Source of the DNA: Anaeramoeba ignava BMAN
Taxonomy: Eukaryota; Protista; Anaeramoebae
Reading direction: 5' to 3'
Assembly (NCBI GenBank): GCA_028826165.1
Contig: JAPDFW010000104.1
Location: 124,001 to 188,000, forward strand
Length of the DNA stretch: 64,000 nucleotides
Shown here: one piece after another, positions 51,379-64,000 of the stretch
Numbering within the stretch: position 1 is the stretch's first letter
Layout of the letters: each line of letters starts with the position of its first letter
Translations under genes and position numbers: made by a program
The notes under the pieces: generated by a model
What the model saw: the letters and a program-made list of their open reading frames with translations, nothing else
Databases searched by the model: none
Told to the model about the DNA's origin: nothing

Positions 51379-52211
51379 ATGGAAATTAAAATTTTAAATT
51401 TAATTTTTTTAATCTTAATAATATCAATAACAATATCAAAATCAATAACTTGTAAAGAATCAACACCATTTAATTCACCTTCTAATTCACCTACACCAAC
51501 ACCTACACCAACACCAACACCTAACACCAACACCTACACCTTCTAATTCACCATCTAATTCACCTACACCAACACCAACACCTACACCTTCTAATTCACC
51601 ATCTAATTCACCAACACCAACACCTTCATCAACACCTAAACCTTCATATACACCTTCACCTTCTAATTCACCTACACCCTCTAATTCACCAACACCAACA
51701 CCAACACCTTCACACCACATCAACACCTTCATCTACACCAACACCTAAACCTTCATATACACCTTCACCTTCTAATTCACCTTCTAATTCACCAACACCT
51801 TCACCAACACCTAAACCTTCTAATTCACCTACACCTACACCTAAACCTTCATATACACCAACACCTACACCAACACCAACACCTACACCTTCATATACAC
51901 CTTCACCTTCTTCATCTACATCCAAAACAGCAGCATTAAGTGGAAAAGTAATTGTTGGGACAATAGTTGTTGTTGTAATTTTATTAATTTTATTTTGGAT
52001 TTTTATTTTGATTAAAAGAAAAAAAGCAAGATATTTTGTTCCTATTGGAACTATTAATGAAACACTTTTTGAAAGTTTTTCTGATGATGGTTTTGAACAA
52101 GATAGTGATTCTAAAAAAAAATATGATGATATTAATAATGATAATGAAAATGAAAGAAATTATAGTGGATCTGAATCAAGTGAATTTAAAAATCGATTTT
52201 CAAATTTTTAA
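51379..52211 (+). CDS. Small type-I membrane protein with long PT/PS mucin-like ectodomain (frameshifted as assembled)
   Basis: Signal peptide [17 protein letters not shown], (TP/SP)n, [16 protein letters not shown].. transmembrane segment, tail [24 protein letters not shown]. Paralog of 53102-53512. Confidence 0.8.
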
Positions 52212-52339
52212 ATTTTTTCAAAAAAAGAAGCATAATTTGTTATTTTTTGTTCTTTATTTCTTTAAAAGAATTTAATTAAATTTAAAATAAAATCATTAAT
52301 TATTATTATTATAAATGAAATCAATCCAATTATAATATA

Positions 52340-52750
52340 AAATTTTTTTCAATTTCTCTTAAATAATTTATTTCTAAAAAATATTTATATTAAATTTAAT
52401 TATATATTTATTAATAATTTTATTTTCAAATTTTTTATTTAATTTAATTAAAATATTTTTTATTCCACTTTTTATTTATTCTAAAAAATATTTAATTTTT
52501 AATTTATTTTTTTCATTTTTTTCTTAAATAATTTATTTTTAAAAATATTTATATTAAATTTATTTAAATATTTATTAATAATTCTATTTTCAATTTTTTA
52601 TTTAATTTAATTAAAATATTTTTTATTCCACTTTTTATTTATTTAAAAAATATTTAATTTTTAATTTATTTTTTTCATTTTTTTCCTTATTTTTATTTAT
52701 AAAAAATGTTTATATTAAATTTAATTTTATATTTATTAATAATTTTATTT
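52340..52750 (+). repeat. Second block of the 155-bp repeat, running into the 5' end of ORF 52706
   Basis: Same unit as 49850-51300; the last copy supplies the ATG and signal peptide of 52706-52990. Confidence 0.85.
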
Positions 52751-52990
52751 TCCACTTGTAATGAATTTGAAAGTAAAATTAAAAAAAAATATCCAACAAT
52801 TACACCAACAATTTCACCATCAATTCTTCCATCAATTTCTCCAACAAATTCTTCAAAAGAACTTATAAGTGAAAAAACTATTATTGGAACAGTAATAGGA
52901 ACAATATCTTTAATAATTTTATGTTTTATTGGATATATAATTATTAAAAGAAAAAAAGAAAAAGAAGAAGAAAATGAAAATTTGAAATGA
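52706..52990 (+). CDS. Small type-I membrane protein (signal peptide, PT/PS stalk, transmembrane segment, basic tail)
   Basis: MFILNLILYLLIILFSTC..PTITPTISPS..SEKTIIGTVIGTISLIILCFIGYIIIKRKK. Confidence 0.8.
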   Translation: MFILNLILYLLIILFSTCNEFESKIKKKYPTITPTISPSILPSISPTNSSKELISEKTIIGTVIGTISLIILCFIGYIIIKRKKEKEEENENLK

Positions 52991-53101
52991 AAAAAAAAAG
53001 TAGAATTAGGGAAAATAATATTTTGGATTGAATTAAGAAAATTATAATTTAATTTTTCATTTTTCATTTTTCATTTTTTTCATTTTTTTATTTTTTATTA
53101 A

Positions 53102-53512
53102 ATGAAAATTAAAATTTTAAATTTAATTTTTTTAATCTTAATAATAATAACAATAAATTGTAAAGAAATAAAAGAAACACCAACACCAACACCTTCAATA
53201 TCACCTTCACCTTCAATATCACCATCACCTTCTTCATCTACATCTAAAACAACAGCTCTAAGTGGAAAAGCACTTCTTGGAACAATACTTGGTGTTGTAA
53301 TTTTATTAATTTTATTTTGGATTGCTTATGTTGTTGTTAAAAAAAAGAAAGAAAAATATTTTGTTCCTGTTGGATCTATTAATGAACCTATTTTTGAAAG
53401 TTTTTCTGATGATGGTTTTGAACAAGATGGTGATTCTAAAAAAAAATCTCAAGGTTCTGATGATGATGAAAAAACTTATAGTGAATCTGAATCAAATGAA
53501 TTTAAAAATTAA
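53102..53512 (+). CDS. Small type-I membrane protein (signal peptide, PT/PS stalk, transmembrane segment, acidic tail)
   Basis: Intact 136-aa ORF; paralog of 51379-52211. Confidence 0.88.
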   Translation: MKIKILNLIFLILIIITINCKEIKETPTPTPSISPSPSISPSPSSSTSKTTALSGKALLGTILGVVILLILFWIAYVVVKKKKEKYFVPVGSINEPIFESFSDDGFEQDGDSKKKSQGSDDDEKTYSESESNEFKN

Positions 53513-53586
53513 TTTTAAAATTTTTTTTGATTTAATTTTGATTTTTTAAAAAAAGAAAATAGTTTGTTATTTTTGTTCTTATTTCT

Positions 53587-55011
53587 TTATTTCTTTATTT
53601 CTTTAAGGAATTTAATTAAATTTAAAATAAAACCATTAATTATTATTAGTATAAATGAAATCAATCCAATTATAATATAAAATTTTTTCATTTTTTCTTT
53701 TCCATTTTTTTCATTTAAATTTTCAATTTTCGGAATAGAATCAATTTGGAAAGAATATTGGTAAATATTTGTAGTAAAATAACCAGTTTTTTCTGCATAA
53801 AAAAAAATAGAAATTTGAATTGAATTTAATTGATTATTTTCAATTTTAATTGATTTTTGATATTTTTCAAAACTTGAATTATCCAATGAATAAAAAATAT
53901 TAGAATTATCAACTGCAGAATAAAGCGATATAACAGCAATTCCTGAATATTTTTTTTGATCAGGAATTGTAAAAAGTGGTGAAAGAGTTGGTAAAATAAC
54001 ATAAAAAAATTCAACAACTTCACTTGAATTACAACAAATTTGTTCACTTTCTGGATTTGGATCACCTTTAAAACCTTGAACAAAGACTGAATAATTTGTC
54101 ATAACACCATTTACACATTCAATTAAAGGAGGGTTATCTGGATCAAAAGGGATTGATTGATTCATTTCTTTGTTAAAAGAATAACGAATCAAAGAATTTT
54201 CAATTTCTGTTGAAAAATTCAATAACAATTTTTCTTGATAGAAACCACTTGGATTAGAAGATGTTGGTGTATCCACTTTTATTCTAACTTTTACTTGCAA
54301 TTCTACAATATCAGAATCAATCATATCAATATGTGAACCATAAAAAGTTAAATTTGCTTTGATTGATCCAAAAATATATCATTTTCAAATAATTTAAAAT
54401 TTAAATCAGTTGAATTATTATAATTCAATAGAAACATAATATTTGTATTCAATGTTTTGCAGTCCAAAATTACTTTAAGTCCATTAGATAATTGAGTAAA
54501 ATTATAAGTTATTTGATCCACTTTTTTTTTGATAATAAAATTTTTTGATATAAAATCACTTGGAATAAAATTTGAATCATTTGAAAAAGTTCTAAATGAA
54601 AAATAAATTTGAGTATTTATTGGATTTGATATGTTTAAAATTGAATTATTTTCAATTTCTTGATTATAAAATGAAGGAATTTTATTGTGAATTGAAGAAT
54701 TTGTAAAATGAATTGAACTTGAATTTAAATTTAAATTTGAATAATTATTTTCAATTTGAATTTGAATTAAAACATAATCAATATAAATATTTGATTGATA
54801 ATGAGTTGATGAATCAATTATAATATTTGGTTTTGGAAGAATTTGTAAACAATCTAATAAAAAATTTAAATTTAAAAAGAAAATTAATTTTTGATCAATT
54901 TGATCAGAAAAAAATTTAATTTTAATTTTAATTTTTACTTGATTTTAAAAAGAAAAAATTAATTAATAAAATTAAATTAAAAAAAATAATTAATAAGTTT
55001 TCTTTTATCAT
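53587..55011 (-). CDS. Secreted or type-I membrane protein with chitobiase/Fn3-associated (CHB_HEX_C-like) repeats
   Basis: Signal-like MIKRKLINYFFLILILLINFFFL at 55011, intron about 54854-54938, TPTSSNPSGFY..IRYSFN and SPLFTIP..IFYSLDNSS..YQKSIKI repeats, C-terminal transmembrane segment. Frameshifts between 54325 and 54550. Confidence 0.6.
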
Positions 55012-55109
55012 TTTAAATTTGTAATTAAAAAAAAAAGAAAGAAAAAAATGAAGAAAGAAAAAACAAAATTCCAAAAAAAAAAAATTTTTTTCTTCTTTTC
55101 TTTTTTTTT

Positions 55110-56271
55110 TTAATCTTGTTTAAAATTATTATATAAATCTAAAATTAAATTTGTCATAATTTGTTGAGTTGATTCAGGAAGATCTTCATCAATACTTTTT
55201 CCAGGAATACCTGAATATATTTCAAATGGAGATATAACTGTATTTGGAGGAATAATAGTATTATCTAATATTTGACAACAATCACTTAAAATAGCTCCTC
55301 TTCCCTTTTTAATTTTAATTTTAATTTTATAAATGAATTTTAATTTTAATTTTAATTTTAATTTTAATTTTAATTTTAATTTTAATTTTAATTTTAATTT
55401 TAATTTTAATTTTAATTTTATTAATGAATTTTAATTTTAATTTTAATTTTAATTTTAATTTTAATTTTAATTTTAATTTTAATTTTAATTTTAATTTAAA
55501 TTTTAATTTTAATTTTAATTTTAATTTAAATTTTAATTTTAAATTTAATTTTAATTTTTTAATTTTAATAAATTTTAATTTTAATTTAATTTAATTTTAA
55601 TTTTAATTTTAATTTTAATTTTAATTTTAATTTTAATTTTAATTTTAATTTTAATTTTAATTTTAATTTTAATTTTAATTTTATAAATGAATTTTAATTT
55701 TAATTTTAATTTTAATTTTAATTTTAATTTTAATTTTAATTTTAATTTTAATTTTAATTTTAATTTTAATTTTAATTTTAATTTTAATTTTAATTTTAAT
55801 TTTAATTTTAATTTTAATTTTAATTTTAATTTTAAATTTTAATTTTAATTTTAATTTTATAAATGAATTTTAATATAAATTGTAAATTAAATTGTAAATG
55901 AATTTGTAAAATGAATAAGCTACAATAACACAATTTTTTCCAATAGAAACAAAAGAACCAATTTGAGCAGCAGAAATAACAGAATTTTCTTGAATCCAAA
56001 CAAAATTACCAAAAGAAACAGAATAATAAGTAAGACCTGATTTAGATTTTGCAAAAGGAGGATGAATAACAACATTTTCATCAATAATACAAAAATTTCC
56101 CAATTTAATTTGTGCTAAATCTCCTCTTAAAATTGCTCCTTTTTTTACTATACAACTTCCTGCTGCATTAATAAATTGTGCTCCATATAATTTTGATTCT
56201 TTTGATAATATTGTTCCTGTTGATGTTTTAAATAATACTTCTTTTGGATAAAATACTTCTTCAACTTCCAT
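55110..56271 (-). CDS. DCTN5: Dynactin subunit 5 (p25); exons 56271-55924 and 55304-55110
   Basis: KTSTGTILSKESKLYGAQFI..ILRGDLAQIKLGNFCII..VISAAQIGSFVSIGKNCVI|GRGAILSDCCQILDNTIIPPNTVISPFEIYSGIPG; phase-0 intron 55305-55923. Confidence 0.93.
55306..55870. repeat. (TTTTAA)n microsatellite in the DCTN5 intron
   Basis: Directly visible. Confidence 0.95.
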
Positions 56272-56383
56272 TTTAAAAAAATGAAAAAAATGAAAAAAAA
56301 TTTAAACACTTTTTTTATTAAAAAATTCAATAATAATAAAAAATATTTTTAATTTAATTTTATAAATGAATTTTGAATCGAAA

Positions 56384-59300
56384 TTAAAAATATAATATGA
56401 TTGGTATCTTTAAATTCTTCTTTAAATCAATTATTATAGAAATTAAAATATCTTCTAATTCAATCCTTTTCTTTTTACTAGAAATTAATTTTAATATTGA
56501 AACTTGCTTTTTACTTATATATTTCAAAACTTGAATATTAGAATTACTTGGGATAACTATCATTTTAAATTCCATTTCACATAATATTATCAAATATAAA
56601 ATTTCTGTTATTGATAAAAGTTCAGAAAATGGAACAACAATAACTGCAAATTCTTCTTCTTCTTTAATTTGTTTTTTAATTAAATCTTTAAATTCTTTTT
56701 TATCAACTTTAAATTCTTTTGCATCAATTGATACCATAAATTTCATCTTTTTAAATGTTGGAAAAAAGAAAATCCCATTTTTTTTCATAATTTCTTTTGT
56801 TGTTTCTTCTTTACTTCCAAATTCATTGATATGATATAAAAATTCTTGAAAACATCCAATTTGAATTTCTTTGTTTTTTGTTTTTTCTTTTGATTTCTTA
56901 ACTGAATGAACAACAAAATATTTGGGTTGTTTTAATTTTATGTTTTTCTTTAAAATAGCTTCATAAACATCAGAATTTTGATCAATTGATTTTTGAATTC
57001 TTCGATTTCTGTAAATTTCTTGAATTTGTTCATTTGTAAAATTCCATATTGAAAATACTCTTGTTATAAAAAATTCGTAAATAGTTTCCCACGGTATAAC
57101 TTGAATCCATTTACTGCAAACAAGAATATTGATATCTTCTTCTTTTTCCATTTGATTTCTTCTTAAAACTTCCTCCATAAGTTTGCTTATTGATGAAAAT
57201 TGTTCTTTAAAATTTATTAAATCTTCATATTTATTTTCTAAATTAGATTCTCCAATTCCTGTTATAATTGATTCAAGTAATTTGATTTGTTCTTCTTTTA
57301 AAATTTCAATTTTTCCTTGATTTTTTATAATCTTGTTTTCTTTCTCTTCGTTAATTTTTGCTGATATTTCATTATCATCATCAATTAGAAAATCGTTTAA
57401 ATCATCATCATCATCACTATCAGAAAGTGTAATTTTCCCATTAAAACTTTGATCAAAATCAAAATCATCTTCAGATTTGTGTTTTTTCATTTCTTCAACT
57501 TCTTTTTGTATTAATTTGCTTCCAAATCTTGTTATACTTTTAATTCCAAGAACTGGAACATATCCAATCAATAAATCATCAACTAACAATAAAAACACAA
57601 TTTGTTTCAATTTTGGTTGAATTTGGGTTAAAATGGAATAGGAAAATAATGGTGATATTTTTTCATATTCTTGATCATCTTTTGCTTTTTCAATATCTTC
57701 ATGTTCATTCAAAAATTTATTCAAATAAAAATTTGGTGTTCTTAATAATTCTGTTATTTTAACAAGTTGATTCAACAATAATTTGTTGCTTTCAATAATT
57801 TCTTCATTGCTTTGATTCCCAAGTAATTGATTTGCTTTGTTTACTTTGATTCCATATAATAATCTCCATATTGTTTCAGAAACATTTGTGGAAACATTTC
57901 CAAATTCATTTGTTTTTCACTTGAGAAATCTGATGAAATATTTGTTTCATCATCTTGAAGCATCATAGAATCATATGATAATTTTCTTGGACTTTGGAAT
58001 GAAAATCTACTTTTCATTTTCTCAAGTTTTTCTTTTGAAATTTTTTTGTTTTTCTTGGTGTTTTTTTGTTCTTTAATATTGAAATCAATATCAAAAATTT
58101 CTGAAGTAAGTTCTTTGCGATATTCATGAATACTTCTTTCTTTGGCAATATAAACTTCTAATTGAAATGATATATATGAATCAATAACGAGAATATTATT
58201 TGATATCATTTCTGCTTCCATACAGAATAAAAATCGAATCATTCTTTTGATTATTCTGTATAATTTGCCAAGAACACAAAATGGAACATTTGTTGTTAGA
58301 AAATTATCATTTCCATTCATAAAAAGATTGAAAAATAAATTTCTGCATTCAATCCAAAACTCTTTTGCTAATTTGGTGTTTTTTTGTAAATATTTCAATT
58401 CTGCTAAACTTAAATATGATCTTAAAACTAAAAATGGAAGGAAAAATTTGGTGGAAATTTCAATACTTTGAACTGCATAACCTTCTATTAATCCAAGTGT
58501 TATTTTATTTTTTTTGGGAATTCCTTCAGTTGGAATAGTTTTTTTTTGTTTGAGATTTGCATCATTATCATCATCATCACCAATAATTAATTCTTCAGAT
58601 AAATTACTTTTTTGTGTTCTTTCTTTTTCTTCATATTTACTTTTAATATCCAAATTTAATACATAATTTAAATCTTCTCCAAAAATTGCTACATTTGGGA
58701 AAATATATTCCAATAATATTTCTGAAATTTTATTGCATGATTTCCCAATTAAAAATTGATTTCCGGTTTTTTTGTTATAGAAATTAGATTTTTGGAATGA
58801 ATTAAATGCTTTGCAAACAATTTCTTTGCGATTATTAAATAATGTTTTTTCTTTTGCAGTTTTTGGTATAAATTCATCAAATTTGGTTAATTTTTCTCTT
58901 GGGAAACTAATTTCCACTTTCAATGGGAATTGTTGATGATATGAATTTGTAAATAATTTTTCATATATTTTGCCTTTAATAAGATGATATTTGCCAAGTG
59001 TTGCAATATTATCTTTTGAAAGAAGTTTAATTCCTGAATCAATCCAAAACAATGCATCTCCAAAATTTCTGTTTTTGTAATTCATTCTTGCAGATAATTC
59101 AATATATTTTTGTCGATTTCTCATTTGATTATATTTAAATGAATTTGTTCTAACTCTTTATAAATGGTCTGAAAACTGGTTCATTTTCTGTAAATTCATC
59201 TGAATTAAATTCAAATGGATTTGGGTTTTTATTTTCATTTTTCATTTCATAATATTTGCTAATTTCTTGTTGAACAGTAACTAATTTTGGATTTCTAACA

Positions 59301-62300
59301 TGACCTGTTGAATAAGTTCTACTCATTCTTCTTTCTTTTTTTAATTTGTTATAATTTTCATCAAAAACATTATTAATAGAACTTTTATTTCGATAACTTT
59401 CAAAATTATTTGGATTTTCAATTTTGGAAATTTCTTCATTTTCATATTCTTTTAAACATTCAATTCCTTCATTAAACCATCCTTTTTTCATATAAACTTT
59501 GGCAAGAAGAATAAATGTATCTGATTTAAGTGCAATAGGTAAAGAAATGCTTGTTAAAAATCTCAGCAATGTAATCGCTTTTTCAATTTCAAGTCCTTTC
59601 AAAAGAATTTCTGAAAGAGTAAGTTGTAAACTAACATATTGTGAATTTAATTGTTTGAAACTGTTTGATTTTGATACTTCAAAATTAAGAAATGTTGATA
59701 CTTCTTGAACAAGTTGTTTGGCTTGTTGGAATTCTCCAAGTAAAACAAGAATTTTAGTCATAACTTCACATACAAAAACAACTTCATTAACTTTCTTTTC
59801 TTTTCTCATTCCTCTTAATATTTGATAATAATATTTCAATGAGTTTTTCAAATCGTTATTTTCATAACAAATTACTGCCATTTTATTAAGTAATCGTGAA
59901 TATTTTGTTTTATCAATAACTTTGAGTATTTCTAATGCATTTTCAAGTGCTAATAATGCATATTTATATTTTGAATTCACAAGTAATGAATCTGCAAATA
60001 CCATAAGTGAATTAGCTCCAAATTCTGAAATTATTGGATTTAAAATCATTGATCTGTAAAAATTTTGTTGTTGATTTTCATTGTTACTTTTCTTTATACT
60101 TCTTTTTGAAGCAAATCTTTTTCTTGTTGATTCTGTTGATTTATAATTTTCTGTAATTTTATTCCCAATTTTCTCAAATATCATAATAACTTCCATAAGT
60201 ATTTGATCTGCTTTATGGAAATGTTCTGAATTTAAATAATAAATTCCTATTGTGTATCCTAATTTAATTCTCATAATTGCTTCTTTATAATCATATAATG
60301 ATAATTTCATGCAAATTCCAAGTAATTTTTGCATTCTATATTCTTCATTTATTGCAATTTTTTTATTGATCGATTTCATAATTTGAATCCAATTTACATC
60401 TGCACTAATTAAATTCATATCAGCATTAAAAATTTTCAAATGTAATTGGTGAAATGAAGTTAATTGTTAATTGTAAATCAGCTAAAAGCATTTCCTTTTA
60501 ACCAAATAACTTTTTATTTTTAAAATTAATATAAAATTTATTTCTTAAATTTTTAAAATTAATTACTTTCTTTTTCATTTTTCTTTTTCAGGATTTTCAT
60601 TTAATATAATTTTTGATTCTTTATAAATTGAACATATTCTTCAATTATTGATTGATATCCAATATCTTGAATTTCATCAAAATTATGTGAATTATATTCA
60701 TTAAGAATAAGATCAAAAACTAATAAATTTGAATTTGGATGAATATTTTGAACTTTTTGAAGTAAATCTAGAAATGAAGAAGCTGAATCTGTAGTTGTTG
60801 CATATTTTCTTAATAAATTAATAGATATATCAAATAAATTAATAGATTCAAATTCTGTTAAATCTTTTGTTAATTCATAATATTCAAAAAATTTCTTAAT
60901 AACTTCATTTGCTTCATTTATTTTCTTTTCATAAACAAGCATTTCTACAATTTCAACATATAAAAATCCTGATTCTTGATTAATCTAAATTTTTTGAAAA
61001 ATAAATTTAAATTATTATTTATTAAAAAACACAAATAATAAATAACTAACTTCTTTTATATTTTTAATAAAATCTTGAGTATTAATTTTTTGAATTTCAT
61101 TGTAATTTTCATTCCATTTTGTTAAAAAATCTTTAACTAAATTTTTCATCCAAATATTAAATGTTTCATTTGTAAACATTTTTCTAATTTTGCCCATAAA
61201 GACATTATAATAGGTGGTCTTTGATATTTAACAACATAAATAAATGATTTAATTTGATTTATAATTTTCCATTTATCTGGAAATTTTTGATTATTTTCAT
61301 CATCTTCAAGCTTATTTTTAAAAATTTAAATTATTAATAAATTTTTAATAAATTATTTAAATTATTTTTACAATTTTTAATAAATTTCCTAATTTCATTG
61401 AATGATTATCATTTATATTTTCATTATTTTCAGCTTTAGATATTTCTTCATCCCAATCACTTTCATTCATTCACTTTCACTTTTACTTTCTATTATAATT
61501 TCTGTAGTTTTTCTTTTCAACTAAAATTTAAATTCAAATTTTTAATTTCATTTTCTTTTAATTTTTGATTTTTGATTTTTTATTTAATACTTCATTTTGT
61601 TCTTCTTCAATTTTTCAAGTAATTTTTCTGATCTTTGAGTATAAGAAATTTTATTACAAAATTTAGAATATCTAATTGATAATTCAAGGAAATTTTTGAT
61701 AATAATTGATGAGAAGGATTTTTGAAATTGAAGAAAAGAATTAGCAATATAATAACAATTTTTGGAATAAAATAAATAATCTTTCTTTTCAAATAATGAA
61801 GAGAATTCTCTTGTATTTAATTTGACTGTATATTTTCTAAAATCGAATTTTTGTTTTATTTTGTTTTGATTGTTTAAGATTTCCTAATAAACTTCTTTTG
61901 AGTTTTTCCTTTTAAATATTTTTGATTTTGAATGAGTTTTTATGCTTTTTCAAAATTATTCAAAGCTTCATTATATTTTCTTTGATTTTGTTGAATAATT
62001 CCATTTCTAATTCAATATAACCTTTTAATTTCAATTTATCATGTAAAATTTGCTGATTCAATTGCAATTTGAAGTAATTCAAATGATTCATCAAATAATT
62101 TTTCCTTAATAATTGTGAATATTTGATTCTATTTTTAATTTCCAAATTAATACAAAGTTCTTTCATTCTGTTTAAATGTATTTTATTTTTAGGATTATTA
62201 TTTAAATTTTTCTCTATAATTTGTTGAATATTTGCCAATAATTCAATTGATTTTTTAAATAATTCTTCTGCTTTTTGATAATCTTTATTTTTTTTAGATA

Positions 62301-63238
62301 AAATTCCATTTTCATAATTTTGTTTTGCATCTTCAAATTTAATCTATTTATTTTAAAAAATTTTAATTTGAAAAAATTTTGAATTTAATTTTAATATAAA
62401 TAAAAAATACTCTTATTTTGGATTTTTTTATTGTTGGTCTATGTTTTCTTTTTGTTATTTTTTGTTCAATAACTGCTTTTGGTTCTATTTTTATTTTCAA
62501 TTTTAAATTAATTTTCTTAATTTTTTAATTTTTTTAATTTTTTAAATTTTACCTGGTAATATTTCAATTAATTCTTTTAAAATTTTAAATTTAATTTGAA
62601 CTGTTGATATAAAAGACTTAATTGCTTTTTAAATTAAATTCTTTTTAAATAAAAATAAATTAATTAAATTTTTAAAAGGTTTTTAAATAAAAATTCCAAA
62701 CTTTCTATATTATTTTGATTTTGAGAATGAGCTTGTTTAAATTTTTGTTTTTATTTAAATTATTATTATTTAATTCTTTATTTGATTCTTTATCAGATCC
62801 AAAATCAAAATCATCATCCCAATATTCTTCTTTATCAGCAGTATTAGCAGAAACTCCAACAATTGAGTATTTTATTAGGGATTAAATGATTGATGTTTTA
62901 TTTTTAAAGTTTGATTTTTTTGATTTTTAATTTGATTTTAATTTTGATTTTTGATTTTGATTTTGATTTTGATTTTTGATTTTGATTTTTGATTTTGATT
63001 TTGATTTTGATTTTTAATTTTGATTTTCAATTTGATTTTGATTTTGATTTTGATTTTGATTTTTTTGATTTTGATTTTGATTTTTTGATTTTGATTTTGA
63101 TTTTGATTTTGATTTTGATTTTCAATTTGATTTTCATCATCTGATTCTAAATTAAGATCAAAAAGAATCAAAAAGAATCTTCTTCTGCATAAAGTTTTAA
63201 TTTATTTTTAACGTTTCTTGACTTAATTTATTTGTCAT
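56384..63238 (-). CDS. Large helical/TPR-like protein of unknown function; multi-exon and frameshifted (may be more than one gene)
   Basis: Collinear minus-strand ORFs 56384-57778, 57841-59124, 59150-60439, 60601-60942, 61015-61197 and 61960-62238 with TPR-like helices (NSLKYYYQIL, LAKVYMKKGWFNEGIECL). Putative ATG at 63238; exon structure above 60400 is only partly resolved. Confidence 0.55.
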
Positions 63239-63293
63239 TAAAAATAAAAATTAAATAAAAAGAAAAATGAAAAATGAAAAATTTCATTTTTTT

Positions 63294-64000
63294 TTAAACG
63301 AAATTAATATTCATTTTATTTTTGTTCTGATTCAATAAATTCTTTTTTGCTAAATCACTTGGTAATTCTTTTATTGCTCTCCAATAAATTGTACTTGATG
63401 ATTTAAATTGATTTTGTTTCTTTTCAAATTCAATAAAATCTTGCCAAATTTTCCAATTATTTTTACCAAATTTTTCAATTAATTCTTGATATATTTTTCT
63501 TATATATTCTTCTTTTTCTTTTTCTTTTTCATCTTTTGTTTTTGTATTTTTCAAGAGAAATACATTCTTTTAAAAATTTATTCCATTTCCTGGTAAATTA
63601 ATAATTTTCTTAACTTCTTTTCTTGCTTCTTTGATTTTAAAATTGAAATATAACCATCTTATTATTATTATTTTAATTTCTTCAATTTCATTAATAATTT
63701 TAATTGAATATAAAAATGAATTGAAATATTCCCAAAATATCTTAATTATTTTTCTTTTTGGAAATTCAATTGAAATCATTAATTTGAAAAATATTTTCCA
63801 TAAAATTGCTTCAGATTCTTCATTTTCTTTTATAGAAATATTTTTATTGTTTGATATAAAATATCAATAAGTTTTTCTTTGTAATTTTGATTTTCTTTTG
63901 ATTTGAATAGAAAAGGATAATTTGGATCAATTAAATATAATTTAGAAATTAATTGAATGTATTTTTGCTAACTTGAATTGTAATTTCAAATTTATTTTGG
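63294..64000 (-). CDS. 3' end of a UTP6-like HAT-repeat protein (continues beyond the window)
   Basis: IRKIYQELIEKFGKNNWKIWQDFIEFEK..STIYWRAIKELP resembles the UTP6 C-terminal YWRAMK motif. Confidence 0.65.

Overview
Extremely AT-rich, gene-dense eukaryotic (protist) DNA with short GT-AG introns (about 55-90 nt). The NENQ/KE low-complexity tracts, BTB-TLDc and RCC1-BTB genes and an Inr-like TCATTTTT motif suggest an anaerobic metamonad such as Anaeramoeba (inference only). Many long genes are broken by single-base shifts in homopolymers, most likely long-read assembly errors. The window holds an ankyrin-repeat gene, a WDFY3/ALFY-like BEACH-WD40-FYVE gene, a USP9/24/34-like deubiquitinase, decayed AP-endonuclease fragments, fimbrin, an AzgA-type nucleobase permease, an RCC1-BTB gene, tRNA-Glu(CTC), a 3.8-kb DNA transposon, F-box/TMEM185-like, BTB-TLDc and EF-hand/WD40 genes, FANCD2, three small PT/PS-rich membrane protein paralogs, a CHB_HEX_C-like membrane protein, DCTN5, a large TPR-like gene and the 3' end of a UTP6-like gene. 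Two things stand out. (1) The ankyrin gene (132-4312), nearly invisible in the ORF track, has one repeat per exon. Each of its 9 inter-repeat gaps contains exactly two single-codon (3-nt) AG|NNN|GT microexons (18 in all, all phase 0), encoding the two variable beta-hairpin residues of the 'D-x-x-G-x-TPLH' motif. (2) A Sola2-like DNA transposon (34322-38111; GAG..CTC ends, ATAT target-site duplication) has a spliced ORF that appears to fuse PB1-like, C2H2, DDD-transposase and intact USP (C19) deubiquitinase domains.
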